64,000 nt of DNA from Sphingobacteriales bacterium (lineage in GTDB: Bacteria > Bacteroidota > Bacteroidia > Chitinophagales > JADIYW01): positions 259,058-323,057 of the forward strand of contig JADKIQ010000004.1 of the NCBI GenBank assembly GCA_016721245.1, written 5' to 3'. Below are positions 10,783-22,500 of this stretch, piece after piece. Every line of letters starts with the position of its first letter. Position 1 is the stretch's first letter. A program made the position numbers and the translations under genes. Under the pieces are notes generated by a model. It was given only the letters and a program-made list of their open reading frames with translations. It made no database searches and was not told the DNA's origin.

Positions 10783-10973
10783 GTGTTTTATTTTTAGTTT
10801 ATTTTGTTTACCAAGTAATTGATGATACAAAGATAAGTACAAAACAATGAATTATGCAATACATAGTAGTAAAATTTAACAAAATAAATTTTAAGTTATT
10901 GATTATCAATACTAATTATTTTAAACTTTTTTTGTAAAAAATGTTTTTTAAGATAAAAAAGCAATTTTTTGAT

Positions 10974-10981
10974 GTATTTTT
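10974..10981 (+). promoter_or_regulatory. Bacteroidota -7 promoter box (TAnnTTTG) for the MscS gene
   Basis: 'TATTTTTG' ends 5 nt before the ATG at 10987. Confidence 0.4.
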
Positions 10982-10986
10982 GAAGT

Positions 10987-12600
10987 ATGGAAACCAGATT
11001 TTTACGACATAAATTACTTTTTTGCCTGCTTTTTAGCTCCTTTGTTTGCTTTTCCGCACCCGTTGAATCCAATAATTCGCCTTATGATGTGGTTTATAAC
11101 CACTATCATTTTATGAATAAAGGCACGTATGACGAGCTGCAGGCTTCCTCATCTTTTGATATAAAGAACAAAAGAGAACGTATAGCAGCAGCAGTAATGC
11201 TAAAGGAAATCCTGGATGTGAGAGTAGATCCAAACTCGATAATATCTAAAATTCCGGACGACCCGAACTACACGGATTCTGTAACATTGCGACATATTTT
11301 TGTGCTATATGATAAACTGCCGCAGGTTTATGTAGAAAAAATAGGAGAGAAGTGGTATTATTCACAATCTACAGTGGATGCTTTACCGCAGTTACATAAA
11401 AAAATATTTCCTTTTGGCACGAATATCTGGGCAAAATGGTTTCCGATAAAACAGAATGAAGAATTCCTGAAATTATATCCCTGGCAGTGGATTGGAATAG
11501 GAATTATTTTAGGTGCATTTCTGATTTGTTTCTTTTTATTAAAGTATTTATTCCGTTTTGTCTTTTACAGAATTCTATTTAAGAAGTATGTAAATGAAAT
11601 TCAGGATATGGATAAAATAAAATCTACATCCACTTTATTTTCTGTGTGGATTGGATTTAAAATTTTTCAGGTTTTTGTTCCAACTTTATTTATAAATCCT
11701 AGATATGCCATGCCGGTTACCCGAGGAATTAATTTTGTGGCAGCCTCTATCATGGTTATCATGATATACAAATTAGTAGAGTTGTTTATTTTTTATGCTA
11801 AACAATATGCGCAGAAAACTGCTACACAATGGGATGACCAGATTGTACTGGTGTTGCAGAAGTTTATGAAATTCTCTGTGATTTTTCTGGGCTTATTTTA
11901 TGTGCTGAATACGCTGGATGTCAATATTGCTACCATCATTGCCGGATTATCTGTCGGAGGTTTAGCCTTAGCGTTGGCTGCACAGGATACAGTGAAGAAC
12001 TTTATTGCATCCGTGATGATTTTTATTGATAAGCCTTTTAAAATAGGAGATACCATTAAAGGGGATACATTTGAAGGCACTGTTCAGGAAGTTGGATTCC
12101 GCTCCACGCGTATTAAAACGGCAGATGATTCTCTGGTATATATTGCCAACGCTAAATTATCGGAAATGACCATTGATAATAAAGGTTATCGTGTTTTTAA
12201 AAAGTATAAAACGGAAGTGTCTATTTCCTATGATACACCGCTTTATAAGATTGAACATTTTCTGGAAGGAATCAGAACCATTCTGTTAAAATATCCATAT
12301 ACTAAGAATTCTACTATAGATGTTTATCTAACCAATATACAAGCAGCTGGCCTAAGTATTACAATCAGTTACACCTACAAGGTGTATAATCAGCGAGAAG
12401 AATTACAACACAGAGAATTTATTCTACTGCAAATATTACGATTAGCCGATGTGCTTCAGATAAAATTATTTGAACAAAGCCCGCTTGTATTACACAATAA
12501 CAATCAAGTAATTAATCCAGAAGCATCGGAAGATGTTAATCGTAAGTTAGAAAAATTCTTCACCGATCTTGATACTCAAGTAGCTGCACGTTTGAAATAA
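10987..12600 (+). CDS. Mechanosensitive ion channel (MscS family)
   Basis: TM region followed by 'GLALALAAQDTVKNFIASVMIFIDKPFKIGDTI...GTVQEVGFRSTRIKT', the MscS pore and beta-domain signature. Confidence 0.85.
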   Translation: METRFLRHKLLFCLLFSSFVCFSAPVESNNSPYDVVYNHYHFMNKGTYDELQASSSFDIKNKRERIAAAVMLKEILDVRVDPNSIISKIPDDPNYTDSVTLRHIFVLYDKLPQVYVEKIGEKWYYSQSTVDALPQLHKKIFPFGTNIWAKWFPIKQNEEFLKLYPWQWIGIGIILGAFLICFFLLKYLFRFVFYRILFKKYVNEIQDMDKIKSTSTLFSVWIGFKIFQVFVPTLFINPRYAMPVTRGINFVAASIMVIMIYKLVELFIFYAKQYAQKTATQWDDQIVLVLQKFMKFSVIFLGLFYVLNTLDVNIATIIAGLSVGGLALALAAQDTVKNFIASVMIFIDKPFKIGDTIKGDTFEGTVQEVGFRSTRIKTADDSLVYIANAKLSEMTIDNKGYRVFKKYKTEVSISYDTPLYKIEHFLEGIRTILLKYPYTKNSTIDVYLTNIQAAGLSITISYTYKVYNQREELQHREFILLQILRLADVLQIKLFEQSPLVLHNNNQVINPEASEDVNRKLEKFFTDLDTQVAARLK

Positions 12601-12602
12601 TT

Positions 12603-15600
12603 TTATTTCAATAATACAGATACGCCTTTCTGAAATCTTTTTGTATTATACAATTTATCGAAATATTCCAGCGTCCAAAGGAAACTATCCTGCATTGATT
12701 CGCTCTTGTAAATACCATCCCAGCCAATAGAAATATCATTTGATTTGAATACTAACTCTCCCCAACGATTAAAAATAGAGAAACTAAAGTCTGTGAAATC
12801 ATCACAATCTTTTAGCGGAGAAAGTATATCATTAATGCCGTCGTTATTTGGTGAGAATGCAGTAGGTACATAGAAAGTGCAATCACAATTTTTTGGATAG
12901 ATAACTACTGTATCCGGTGCAGATTTACAATGATTAATCGTATTTGTAACTACTAAAACATAAGTGCCTGCTGTATCGGTTGTTGGTTGGGCAATATTAT
13001 TATCACTCAAACCTAATCCTGTCGTCCATAAATAAGATGTATTAGGTAAACTAATCGTACCCAATGTTAATGGCAAATGCGGACACCCAAACATTTGATC
13101 ATCGCCTGCATAGGCAGTTGGACGAGCGGTGTCAATAAGAACATTAACGTCATCTGTCGCTGTACAGCCATTGCTTGTTTTAGTTACTGTTAAAGTATAG
13201 GTTCCTATTTTGTTTGCCAGTGGTTGCGCAATTAATGCATTATTTAGACCAATTCCCGGAGCCCAAGAATAAGTGTTACCGCCTGTTGAATTTGTACCAA
13301 TATTTATACTGATATCTCTGCAATTTAATGTTTTGTCTAATCCGGCATCAGCTTTAGGATGTATAGTATCAATACGAATATTTACTACGTCATTTGTTGT
13401 ACAACCATTAACTAAATTTGTAACAGTTAAACTGTAGGTACCCGGTTTGTCTACCGTTGGATTGGATATATTAGGATTATCTAAACCATTAGAAGGTGAC
13501 CATAAATATGAATTTCCACTTACTGGAAAATCTCCGATTTTTAAACTCGGGTTCTTACAGGTTAATGTTAAGTCATTGCCGGCTATGGCAGTAGAAGTCG
13601 TAATGTTTTGAAGAATCATCACTTCACTCGTAGCTTTGCATCCATTAGATGTTCTGGTTACAGTTACAGTATAATTATTAAAAGTGTTTGTTCTGGGCTG
13701 TGCAGTTGAAGGATTATCTAAACCGTCCGTCGGTGTCCATAAATAAGTGTTTCCACTCAATTGCGGCGTTCCTATCTGTACACTTGATACTGCACAGGTA
13801 AGTGTTTTTGAATTACCTGCATCTGCAAAAGGCCGAATTGTGTCAATATCAATTTTTACACTATCTGTTGTTTTACATCCATTGGCTATATCTGTTACCG
13901 TTACTGTAAAAGTACCGGTTTTACTTACGTTAGGTTGTGCTATGTTAAGAGCTGATAATCCTGATACAGGTAACCATGTGTAAGAGTTGCCCGTAATTTC
14001 AGGCGTGCCAATTGGTAATACTGGATTAGCACAAGTTAATGTTTTTGGAAGACCAGCATCTGCTATTGGCGGTGTAATATTCTGTGTTACAACAACCGTA
14101 TCTTTATCAATACAACCATTGCTGTTATTAGTTACTGTTAGATAATAGGTATTAGGTACTGAATCTCTAGGATTAGCTATGGCAGAATTATTTAATCCGG
14201 CCGCAGGCGTCCACGCATAAGAATTGGTAGCAACATTGTTTGTGCCTAGTACAAATACAGTATTAGCACAGGTTAACACTTTATCCGTCCCTGCATTGGC
14301 AACAGGTTTTGCTATATTCTGAGTGATTTTCACCGTGTCTTTAGCCGTACATCCATTCACAGTTTTGGTAACCGTTAAATAGAATGTATTTGGTAAAGAA
14401 TCTGAAGGTTGAGCGGATGCAGCACCGCTGCCAAATAATCCGGTCGTTGGTGTCCAGGCATATGTATTACCTGATATAGCAGGCGTTCCAAGTGTTAATT
14501 GAGTGGTGATACAGGTGAGAACAGAGTCTCTTCCGGCATCAGCAATTGGGGTTGAAATATCCTGAGTTACAACAACCGAATCTATAGACACACAACCATT
14601 GGCGATATTACGTACCAAAAGTTGATATCTGTTCGGTAAAGAGTCTCTTGGTTGTGCGATGTTTGGATTATTTAATCCGGAGATTGGTGTCCATTTATAG
14701 GTATTTGCCGGATCATTGGCAATACCCAATACAAATACTTTATCGTAGCAATTCAATAACTGATTTGGCCCAGCATCTGCTACAGGTGGCGTGATGTTTT
14801 GTGTAACAACAACCGTATCTTTATCAATACAACCATTTATGTTGTTGGTTACTGTCAGATAATAGGTATTAGGTAATGAATCTCTCGGATTAGCGATGGC
14901 AGGATTGTTTAATCCGGCCGCCGGCGTCCACGCATAAGAATTGGTAGCAACATTGTTTGTGCCTAGTACAAATACAGTATTAGCACAGGTCAACTCTTTA
15001 TCCGTTCCTGCATTGGCGACAGGTTTAGCAATATTCTGAGTGATTTTCACCGTGTCTTTAGCCGTACATCCATTCACAGTTTTGGTAACCGTTAAATAGA
15101 ATGTATTCGGTAAAGAGTCAGATGGTTGAGCCGTTGCAGCACCGCTTCCAAATAATCCGGTCGTTGGTGTCCAGGCATATGTATTACCAGATATAGCTGG
15201 TGTTCCAAGTGTTAATTGAGTGGTGATACAGGTGAGAACAGAGTCTCTTCCGGCATCAGCAAAAGGAGTGGAAATATCCTGAGTTACAACAACCGAATCT
15301 ATAGACACGCACCCATTGGCGATATTACGTACCAAAAGTTGATATCTGTTCGGTAAAGAGTCTCTTGGTTGTGCGATGTTTGGATTATTTAATCCGGAGA
15401 TTGGTGTCCATTTATAGGTATTTGCCGGATCATTGGCAATACCCAATACAAATACTTTATCGTAGCAATTCAATAACTGATTTGGCCCTGCATCTGCTAT
15501 TGGCGGCGTTATATTCTGTGTTACAACAACCGTGTCATTTTTAATACAACCATTTATGTTATTGGTTACTGTCAGATAATAGGTATTAGGTAATGAATCT

Positions 15601-18600
15601 CTCGGATTAGCGATGGCAGGATTGTTTAATCCGGCCGCCGGCGTCCACGCATAAGAATTGGTAGCAACATTGTTTGTGCCTAGTACAAATACAGTATTAG
15701 CACAGGTTAACACTTTATCCGTCCCTGCATTGGCGAAAGGTTTAGCAATATTCTGAGTGATTTTCACCGTGTCTTTAGCCGTACATCCATTCACAGTTTT
15801 GGTAACCGTTAAATAGAATGTATTCGGTAAGGAGTCAGATGGTTGAGCGGTTGCAGCACCACTGCCAAACAATCCGGTCGTTGGAGTCCATGCATATGTA
15901 TTACCCGATATAGCTGGTGTTCCAAGTGTTAATTGAGTGGTGATACAGGTAAGAACAGAGTCTCTTCCGGCATCAGCAATCGGGGTAGAAATATCCTGAG
16001 TTACAACAACCGAATCTGTAGACACACAGCCATTGGCGATATTTCGTACCAAAAGTTGATATCTGTTCGGTAAAGAGTCTCTTGGTTGCGCGATGTTTGG
16101 ATTGTTTAATCCATTGCTTGGTGTCCATTTATAGGTATTTGCCGGATCATTGGCAGTACCCAGTACAAATACTTTATCGATGCAATTCAATAACTGATTG
16201 GGTCCTGCATTTGCTAAAGGCGGCGTAATATTCTGTGTAACAACAACTGTATCTTTATCAATACAACCATTGCTGTTATTCGTTACTGTCAGATAATAGG
16301 TATTTGGTAATGAATCTCTCGGATTAGCGATGGCAGGATTGTTTAATCCGGCAGCCGGCGTCCACGCATAAGAATTGGCAGGAACATTGTTTGTGCCTAG
16401 TACAAATACAGTATTAGCACAGGTTAACACTTTATCCGTCCCTGCATTGGCGAAAGGTTTTATAGTATCTATTGCTATTGTTACCTGATCTGTAGCAGTA
16501 CAACCTGAAGCTATATTTTTTACAGTAAGCGTATATGTTCCCGGTGCAGTTGCAATTGGATTTGAGATTAAATTTGAATTTAATCCATTTGCAGGCGACC
16601 ATGTGTATGTATTATTTGGGTCATTAGGTATTCCAATTGGAACAGAGGTCACTGAGCATGTCAATGTTTTATTTAATCCGGCATTTGCAACCGGAATGCT
16701 AACATCACCGCTAACAATGATGGTATCTTTACCAAAACAACCAGTTGTTGTATCTGTTAAGGTTAAATAGTAGGTGCCTGGTGTATTTACTGTTGGTTGT
16801 GCAATAAGTGGATTATCTAATCCAATAGTGGGGGTCCAGGAATATGTTTTCCCCGTTTGAGCTGGAGAACCTATTTTTACACTGGTTAAAGAACAGGTTA
16901 ACATTGTGTCCCGGCCTGCATTTGCTGGGATACTGGTTCCTGTTATAGTGTATGTTCCCGTAACAGGACATCCGCTTGGCGGTGCTCCCGGTGAGATATA
17001 TTTTGCTTGATAATATACGGTTTGCCCTAAATTTACAGGGGTAGGAGGCGATGAAAGTGTATATGTTCCGCCATTATTATTTGAATATAAGATTCCAAGA
17101 TTGCTGCAAATTGGATTTATAGCAGTCTCACAGGCACCAGGAATTGTAAAATTACCTCCGACGTTGATGGGGTCATAAAGTTTTATAGTATTAGTATTCA
17201 ACTTTACCACCGCTCCAGGTATGGCAGATAAAAGACAAGCCGGTGACATGTAATAGTCTACCCTTAGGTTTACATAATTTACTTCTCCGTCTGCATATGT
17301 ACCGCCATCATTATAATCATCAAATAATACTAAACGCCAGATACCACTTGCTGATGTTCCGGCTGGAAATGTAAGTGTACGATTGAAACGAAAACTACCA
17401 CCCGTCTGATTACAGTCTGGCGTTCCACACATGGTGTATCCGGCATTAGACCAAAGAAATGAACCCGGGCTATTATTAGTAGTAGGATTTGCATCAGGAG
17501 AATAGAAGATTAGATTTGCTTCAGAAGCCCAACTGGATGAGTAGCCTGAGTTACAGGAACTGTTACTTGAACCCATTACATCGTATGTTACCCTTGAAAC
17601 TTCAGAACATGCCGGAAGTACACTTAAGTCGAGCAGAAACTGCGCTGCGCCCGGATTTCCGGAACATGTTTGAAAAGCGGTGAAATTAAACAATCCTGTA
17701 CATGGATTAAAATAATTACCCATTCCCGTAGGGCCTTGAGAACCATTTACACCTGCACAACCATTGGTATATCCGTTAAATGTGGTTGTGCCACATCCTC
17801 CAAACTGTTTTTTCATATTACCGGCAGTATTGTCACAGTATCTTGGATTTCCCTGTTTGGTTGAATCACCTGTTTTTAGACAATAAATTTCTGCTGTAAA
17901 TATTAAATCCTGTGTGCCGCACTGTGTACCCGAATAAGCCGGAACCGTGTAGGTTGTATTTCTTAGATTGTATCTGTCATCTGCTGTACCAAATGAGTTA
18001 TCAGCACCTAATCCGTTTAAAATCAATACTCCATTTAAATACCATTTTAGAAAATAATTGGTGCCTTCTACATATGAACCGCCACTGGCATTGGGTATTG
18101 TAGTGATGGATAAATTTACAGTTCCACCGCAAGTTGACGAAGGGGATGCAATTGCTGTTGCAATTTCCGGACAATCTAAGACGTTAGCTTCATTTATAGA
18201 GGGATCTACAATAATTCCAATTCTGCTTGCCTCTGATGTTATTTCTTTGTTTCCGGGGTGAATGGCAGCTACGCTTATGTAATACATGCCGGATTTGTCT
18301 TTGTTTACTTCTTCCGGAGAGGGAGTGTAAAATTGACCTTGGCTTCCGCTGACTTTTCCTTTTGCATTTCCATTTTGCCATTGATAGTGAATCCCTTGTG
18401 TTGGAATTATTTCAATAGTAGGTATTTTATCCGCAGATTTTATTCTGTAATGTGTCTGTTTTAATTTTAGCTCACCTTCAAAATAATAATCTACATCTGT
18501 TCGGAATTGTATTGTCCAAATATTACCGGCTGATGTTGTATTCGTATAATTAAATTTATTATTGGCATCAAATTCAAGATTATGAAGAGGTAAGGTGTAT

Positions 18601-18947
18601 TTTATTTTATCTGAAATAGAATTATTGCCGTCTGCTGTATTTGCAGTCAGCTTAACAGGTATATTTATATTACTCAACTCGTTAAAATCAATATCGGAAA
18701 ATGCAATTAAACTATTATTTAAATTGTAGCCCGTATAGTTAGAGATGAAATTACCCGAGGTGTTGAATGATTTATCTTCAATCTTAAAATCAACATTTAA
18801 AACCTGATCGCTATGGGTCCCAGCTGCATTTTGTAAACTAATAACAGGTGTGGTAATGAATACTTTAGCTCTGGGGTTTTGAGCAAAGATTGAGCCAATA
18901 TTGAAATAGATTATTGCAAACAATAATGAATTTTTAAAGATGTTCAT
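12603..18947 (-). CDS. Giant cell-surface adhesin-like protein with a type-B T9SS C-terminal domain (CHU_C)
   Basis: 2114 aa with a signal peptide and a P-domain-like 'GIWRLVLFDDYNDGG' segment. It has 17 modules of about 80 aa ('A(N/D)AGxDxxLTC...TY.WTP..GL'). The C-terminus reads 'CDCTFYVPTAFSPNNDGINDIL...RWGELVF'. Confidence 0.85.
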   Translation of the reverse strand: MNIFKNSLLFAIIYFNIGSIFAQNPRAKVFITTPVISLQNAAGTHSDQVLNVDFKIEDKSFNTSGNFISNYTGYNLNNSLIAFSDIDFNELSNINIPVKLTANTADGNNSISDKIKYTLPLHNLEFDANNKFNYTNTTSAGNIWTIQFRTDVDYYFEGELKLKQTHYRIKSADKIPTIEIIPTQGIHYQWQNGNAKGKVSGSQGQFYTPSPEEVNKDKSGMYYISVAAIHPGNKEITSEASRIGIIVDPSINEANVLDCPEIATAIASPSSTCGGTVNLSITTIPNASGGSYVEGTNYFLKWYLNGVLILNGLGADNSFGTADDRYNLRNTTYTVPAYSGTQCGTQDLIFTAEIYCLKTGDSTKQGNPRYCDNTAGNMKKQFGGCGTTTFNGYTNGCAGVNGSQGPTGMGNYFNPCTGLFNFTAFQTCSGNPGAAQFLLDLSVLPACSEVSRVTYDVMGSSNSSCNSGYSSSWASEANLIFYSPDANPTTNNSPGSFLWSNAGYTMCGTPDCNQTGGSFRFNRTLTFPAGTSASGIWRLVLFDDYNDGGTYADGEVNYVNLRVDYYMSPACLLSAIPGAVVKLNTNTIKLYDPINVGGNFTIPGACETAINPICSNLGILYSNNNGGTYTLSSPPTPVNLGQTVYYQAKYISPGAPPSGCPVTGTYTITGTSIPANAGRDTMLTCSLTSVKIGSPAQTGKTYSWTPTIGLDNPLIAQPTVNTPGTYYLTLTDTTTGCFGKDTIIVSGDVSIPVANAGLNKTLTCSVTSVPIGIPNDPNNTYTWSPANGLNSNLISNPIATAPGTYTLTVKNIASGCTATDQVTIAIDTIKPFANAGTDKVLTCANTVFVLGTNNVPANSYAWTPAAGLNNPAIANPRDSLPNTYYLTVTNNSNGCIDKDTVVVTQNITPPLANAGPNQLLNCIDKVFVLGTANDPANTYKWTPSNGLNNPNIAQPRDSLPNRYQLLVRNIANGCVSTDSVVVTQDISTPIADAGRDSVLTCITTQLTLGTPAISGNTYAWTPTTGLFGSGAATAQPSDSLPNTFYLTVTKTVNGCTAKDTVKITQNIAKPFANAGTDKVLTCANTVFVLGTNNVATNSYAWTPAAGLNNPAIANPRDSLPNTYYLTVTNNINGCIKNDTVVVTQNITPPIADAGPNQLLNCYDKVFVLGIANDPANTYKWTPISGLNNPNIAQPRDSLPNRYQLLVRNIANGCVSIDSVVVTQDISTPFADAGRDSVLTCITTQLTLGTPAISGNTYAWTPTTGLFGSGAATAQPSDSLPNTFYLTVTKTVNGCTAKDTVKITQNIAKPVANAGTDKELTCANTVFVLGTNNVATNSYAWTPAAGLNNPAIANPRDSLPNTYYLTVTNNINGCIDKDTVVVTQNITPPVADAGPNQLLNCYDKVFVLGIANDPANTYKWTPISGLNNPNIAQPRDSLPNRYQLLVRNIANGCVSIDSVVVTQDISTPIADAGRDSVLTCITTQLTLGTPAISGNTYAWTPTTGLFGSGAASAQPSDSLPNTFYLTVTKTVNGCTAKDTVKITQNIAKPVANAGTDKVLTCANTVFVLGTNNVATNSYAWTPAAGLNNSAIANPRDSVPNTYYLTVTNNSNGCIDKDTVVVTQNITPPIADAGLPKTLTCANPVLPIGTPEITGNSYTWLPVSGLSALNIAQPNVSKTGTFTVTVTDIANGCKTTDSVKIDIDTIRPFADAGNSKTLTCAVSSVQIGTPQLSGNTYLWTPTDGLDNPSTAQPRTNTFNNYTVTVTRTSNGCKATSEVMILQNITTSTAIAGNDLTLTCKNPSLKIGDFPVSGNSYLWSPSNGLDNPNISNPTVDKPGTYSLTVTNLVNGCTTNDVVNIRIDTIHPKADAGLDKTLNCRDISINIGTNSTGGNTYSWAPGIGLNNALIAQPLANKIGTYTLTVTKTSNGCTATDDVNVLIDTARPTAYAGDDQMFGCPHLPLTLGTISLPNTSYLWTTGLGLSDNNIAQPTTDTAGTYVLVVTNTINHCKSAPDTVVIYPKNCDCTFYVPTAFSPNNDGINDILSPLKDCDDFTDFSFSIFNRWGELVFKSNDISIGWDGIYKSESMQDSFLWTLEYFDKLYNTKRFQKGVSVLLK
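14050..16460. repeat. Tandem repeat with a 717-bp unit (three Ig-like modules), about 3.3 near-identical copies, inside the adhesin CDS
   Basis: The anchor 'ggtgtccatttataggtatttgccgg' recurs at 14686, 15403 and 16120 (717-nt spacing). 'tgctattggcgg' occurs at 14061 and 15495 (2 x 717). Confidence 0.9.
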
Positions 18948-18957
18948 ATGCTTCAGT

Positions 18958-19335
18958 TTATTGTTTAGTGGCAGATTTTTTAATTTTTTCAGTTTCCTGA
19001 ATTAAGATATACTTAGCTTTTAAAACTTCCTGAAATAAATGAGGGTATTTTTCAGATACTTTATCAACAACAGCACCCATTTCCAGCATTTCAGGGTAGG
19101 CTTTCAGGTAAGCTCTTATTTCATCATCCGTTTTGTATCCGGTTTCAGTTTTTTCCGCTAATGAATTAAAATCGAGATACGCAGATTTAACAGCGGCATC
19201 GTACTTCACATTTACAATTAATCCATTTCGGTTATTGTTTAGAGTTTGACCAACTGCATTTATGCTGAAATTCATCAGGATATAAAAAACTAATAAATAC
19301 GATTTGTTGGTTTGAAAACAAACAGATGTGTTCAT
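18958..19335 (-). CDS. Hypothetical small secreted protein upstream of the adhesin gene
   Basis: 125 aa with a hydrophobic N-terminus. Its stop lies 10 nt before the adhesin start, so co-transcription is likely. I recognise no family. Confidence 0.45.
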   Translation of the reverse strand: MNTSVCFQTNKSYLLVFYILMNFSINAVGQTLNNNRNGLIVNVKYDAAVKSAYLDFNSLAEKTETGYKTDDEIRAYLKAYPEMLEMGAVVDKVSEKYPHLFQEVLKAKYILIQETEKIKKSATKQ

Positions 19336-19587
19336 AAATTGAAAATTAATAAAATTGAAAATATAGTAGTTCCCAATAGTGAATATACTGAATTTATTTA
19401 AAGTGTTAAAATTTCTTAATGGTTTATCTTGAAAATTAACAATTTTGTTAAATAGGTCTGTGTTTTAAGTGTAGATTTATGCTTAATACTGAAATTAAAG
19501 TGAATTTAACAGGAAATCTGATTAAAAATATGAAATATTACATTAAATATAATATTATTTATTTTACTTAGAAGTTGGGTGTAAATC

Positions 19588-22500
19588 TTATTTCAACAAT
19601 AAAATAATTCCTTTTTTAGTCATTGTCTCGTTAGCCAGCACATCAAAATAGCTTATGGTCCAGATATAGCTATCCATTAGTTGTTCTTTTTCCTTAAATT
19701 TTCCATTCCAGCCAGCAACGGTATCATCCGTTTCAAAAAGTAGTTCACCCCAGCGGCTGAAAATTTGCATCTTGTAATCTTTATAATATTCGCATATGGC
19801 AAATGGTTTGAAAACATCATTCACACCATCATTATTTGGTGAAAATGCAGTAGGAACGTAGAATGTACAGCTGCAGTCTTTGGTTTTAATTTTAATGGTG
19901 TCGGAAATATCCGTACACGCATCAACTATTTTCACGAAATACACACCTTCCTTTTTTACTGTAAAATTATTTTGGGTACTATTATCCTGCCAGATATAAT
20001 GAATATCATTCGGGTAGTTGAGCTGCAGTATCAGTTCATCCAACTCACAAATAGTTGTATCTGCCCCTAAAAATAAATTGCGCAAAGAATCTTTTACAGC
20101 TAAGTTTGTTTGTATGATACTGTCACAACCAAAAGTGTTTACAAGTGTATCAATATAAATGCCAGTTTGCCGAACAGTATTTCCATTTGGCAACAAATAG
20201 CTGAAGCCACTGCAGATAAAAGTGTCAATACTAATTTGATGTGTCGGCAGGAATGTAATATTGTAATGAAGCAGACTGTCGCAGCCAAATTCATTTTTTA
20301 ACCGCACGATGTAATCACCCGATTGAGTAATCACTTGACCGTTTGCCAGTGTATATTGTTTATTATTACAAAGGCTTACCGTGTCAAATACATCATTTTT
20401 TATAAACGTAAATAACTGAATAGATAATATACTATCGCATCCTGCGCTGTTCGTTAGTGTATCTGTGTAATTGCCTGCCGTGTAATATTTTTTCTGGTTG
20501 ATAATAAGTGTATCGCCACTGCAAATGGAATCGAATAAAGTATGGAATGATGGTTTGCTTGCTGTAATCAGAATAGTGTCCGTAATATCAGGTGTACAGG
20601 AGGTTTCATCACTGATAATAACAGTATAAACGGTATCCTTTAAGTTTTTTAATATAGCAGAGGTGTCACCTGTATTCCATAATATATGCACCGGAGTGGA
20701 TGCTTGTGTAATAGTGATTTTAATTTCTCCGTTGTTGCTGCAAATGGCATTTTTTATTGTTTTCTGGAACAAGATAGGACGAATATTAGGACATCGTAAA
20801 AAACTCACCACAACGGTATCCTCTGAAACACAGCCAATAGCCGTATCTGTCAAGGTCCAGATATACGTGTATTGTCCCGGAAACACATCTACATTAATTT
20901 TTGTTACTGCATCGTGAATGTCCGTAAATATCGTATTTCCTGAACTCGGGTCAATTTGACGCCAGGTGCCGGTGGCATTTACTGGCGGTACATTTCCATG
21001 TAAAAACGTGCTAGTCGTGTCAGTAGAGAAATCAAAACCTGCATTGGCATTTACAATGCTTGAACTAAAATCGCTTACAAACAATGTTTTGGTGATACTG
21101 CAGGATAAGTGTTTTATCGTGACAGAAAATGTGTCATCTCCATTTGGGTTTTTATAAACGATAGGAGTGGTGCCAATGGTATCATTATTTTTATTTGTCC
21201 AGACATAAGTGGTATTAAAAATATCCGGTGCAATCAACTGCACTTCTCCGGTACATTTCTTCTTAAATGTAGGCTGGAAATTTACACTTAATACTTCGGT
21301 CGAATAATCTGTACTGACACCGCAGGCATCGTTAACTCTGAATTGAGCAGTTCCAAGAGGTAAACTGTTGTATAGTACATAGGATGAGTCAGTTATGATT
21401 TGAGGAATAGGAGAATTCAGTACCTCGTAGGTATATGGTGGCGTACCGCCCACAACAGATGCTTTTACCGTTGCATTGTTTCCGTTACAAATTAAACCAT
21501 AAGTTGCCGTCAATGCAGGTCGTGTATAAAATGGAGTAAAAATGGTATCCGAGTGAAAATTGCAATCTTCATTTCCTTTAAAAAAAACAGCATAATAGGT
21601 ACCGGTTTTCAGATTATTAAAAATTCCGTTGGTGCTGTATATCAAAGGTTCGTTAGTACCCACTTCCTTAATATTATAATCTATCGGAGGTTCATCACAG
21701 ATATTGAAATTGTTTTTTTTGCTCACACTTTTGATGTATGCTGTATCTATTTTGTAAGAAGAAGTAACAGATGCATTGCTGGGACAGCCCGGATTTACAA
21801 CTGTTTTGAAGGTGTAGTAATTGGGTAAAAATAATTCCTGCTCCTGACATCCATCTTTCAAAATATACCTGCCGCTGTCAACTCCGAAAAAATTCTTAGT
21901 ATTTCGAATAGAAATGCCGTTTCCTTCTAATGTCAGATTGATATTGGTAAAGTTATTCAACACCTTTACATTCCAGGCTAATTTGCAGTTGTTATTTTTA
22001 AATTTTACAACGGGAGTTATACAAAACTGCAGACTGTCTTCAAAGCCGCTTCTTCTGGTGTATCTGAGTGTGTCTGAATTACACTCACTTGTTTGTGCAT
22101 ACACCCAATAAGTGTTTGGCGGAACAGGATTGATGTAACCGGAAGGATTCGTTTGTATAACATTGAATAATGAATCAGCCAAAATAAAATTATAGGATGA
22201 AGAGAACGTACTTCCTAAAGCATTTCCGCAAGATTTTTTGACAGTTCCTCTTACGGTAATTGATAGTTCGTCACAGGAGTTTTGAAAGAGTTTTAGTTTT
22301 GGTCGAAGCGGATTTATGTAATCTGTCAAAATTGTATCACAATCCAGTTCATGCATTTGTACTTTGTAACAACTATCATTATTTAAGTTGTTAAAAATAC
22401 CGAATGTGTTTTGAGAGATAATATTTCCCTGTAAATCTGTTAATGTATAAACGGTATTGGTGTCTCTCATGCAATCCTTATCCAGTATAATTCTAATCGT

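Noticed and set aside
12594-12611. The palindrome tgaaataa-tt-ttatttca at the junction of the convergent MscS and adhesin genes, considered as a terminator
   Set aside because: It is formed by the two stop codons and their adjacent codons, and a 2-nt loop cannot fold as a hairpin. It probably results from the two stop codons lying only 2 nt apart.
14050-16460. Regularly spaced near-identical repeats that might suggest a CRISPR array or a mobile-element cluster
   Set aside because: The period is 717 bp with no short repeat-spacer structure. The whole region is one continuous ORF encoding Ig-like modules, so it is an intragenic tandem duplication.
13747-22111. Numerous 60-90-aa ORFs antisense to or out of frame within the two giant adhesin genes (for example 13747..13983, 17489..18464, 20110..22111)
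   Set aside because: They are embedded in long, well-supported CDSs on the other strand, have low-complexity or odd composition, and lack start context. They are by-products of long ORFs in AT-rich DNA. The same applies to antisense ORFs inside hemE, the ACADs, the carboxylase subunits, argE, argD and ffh.
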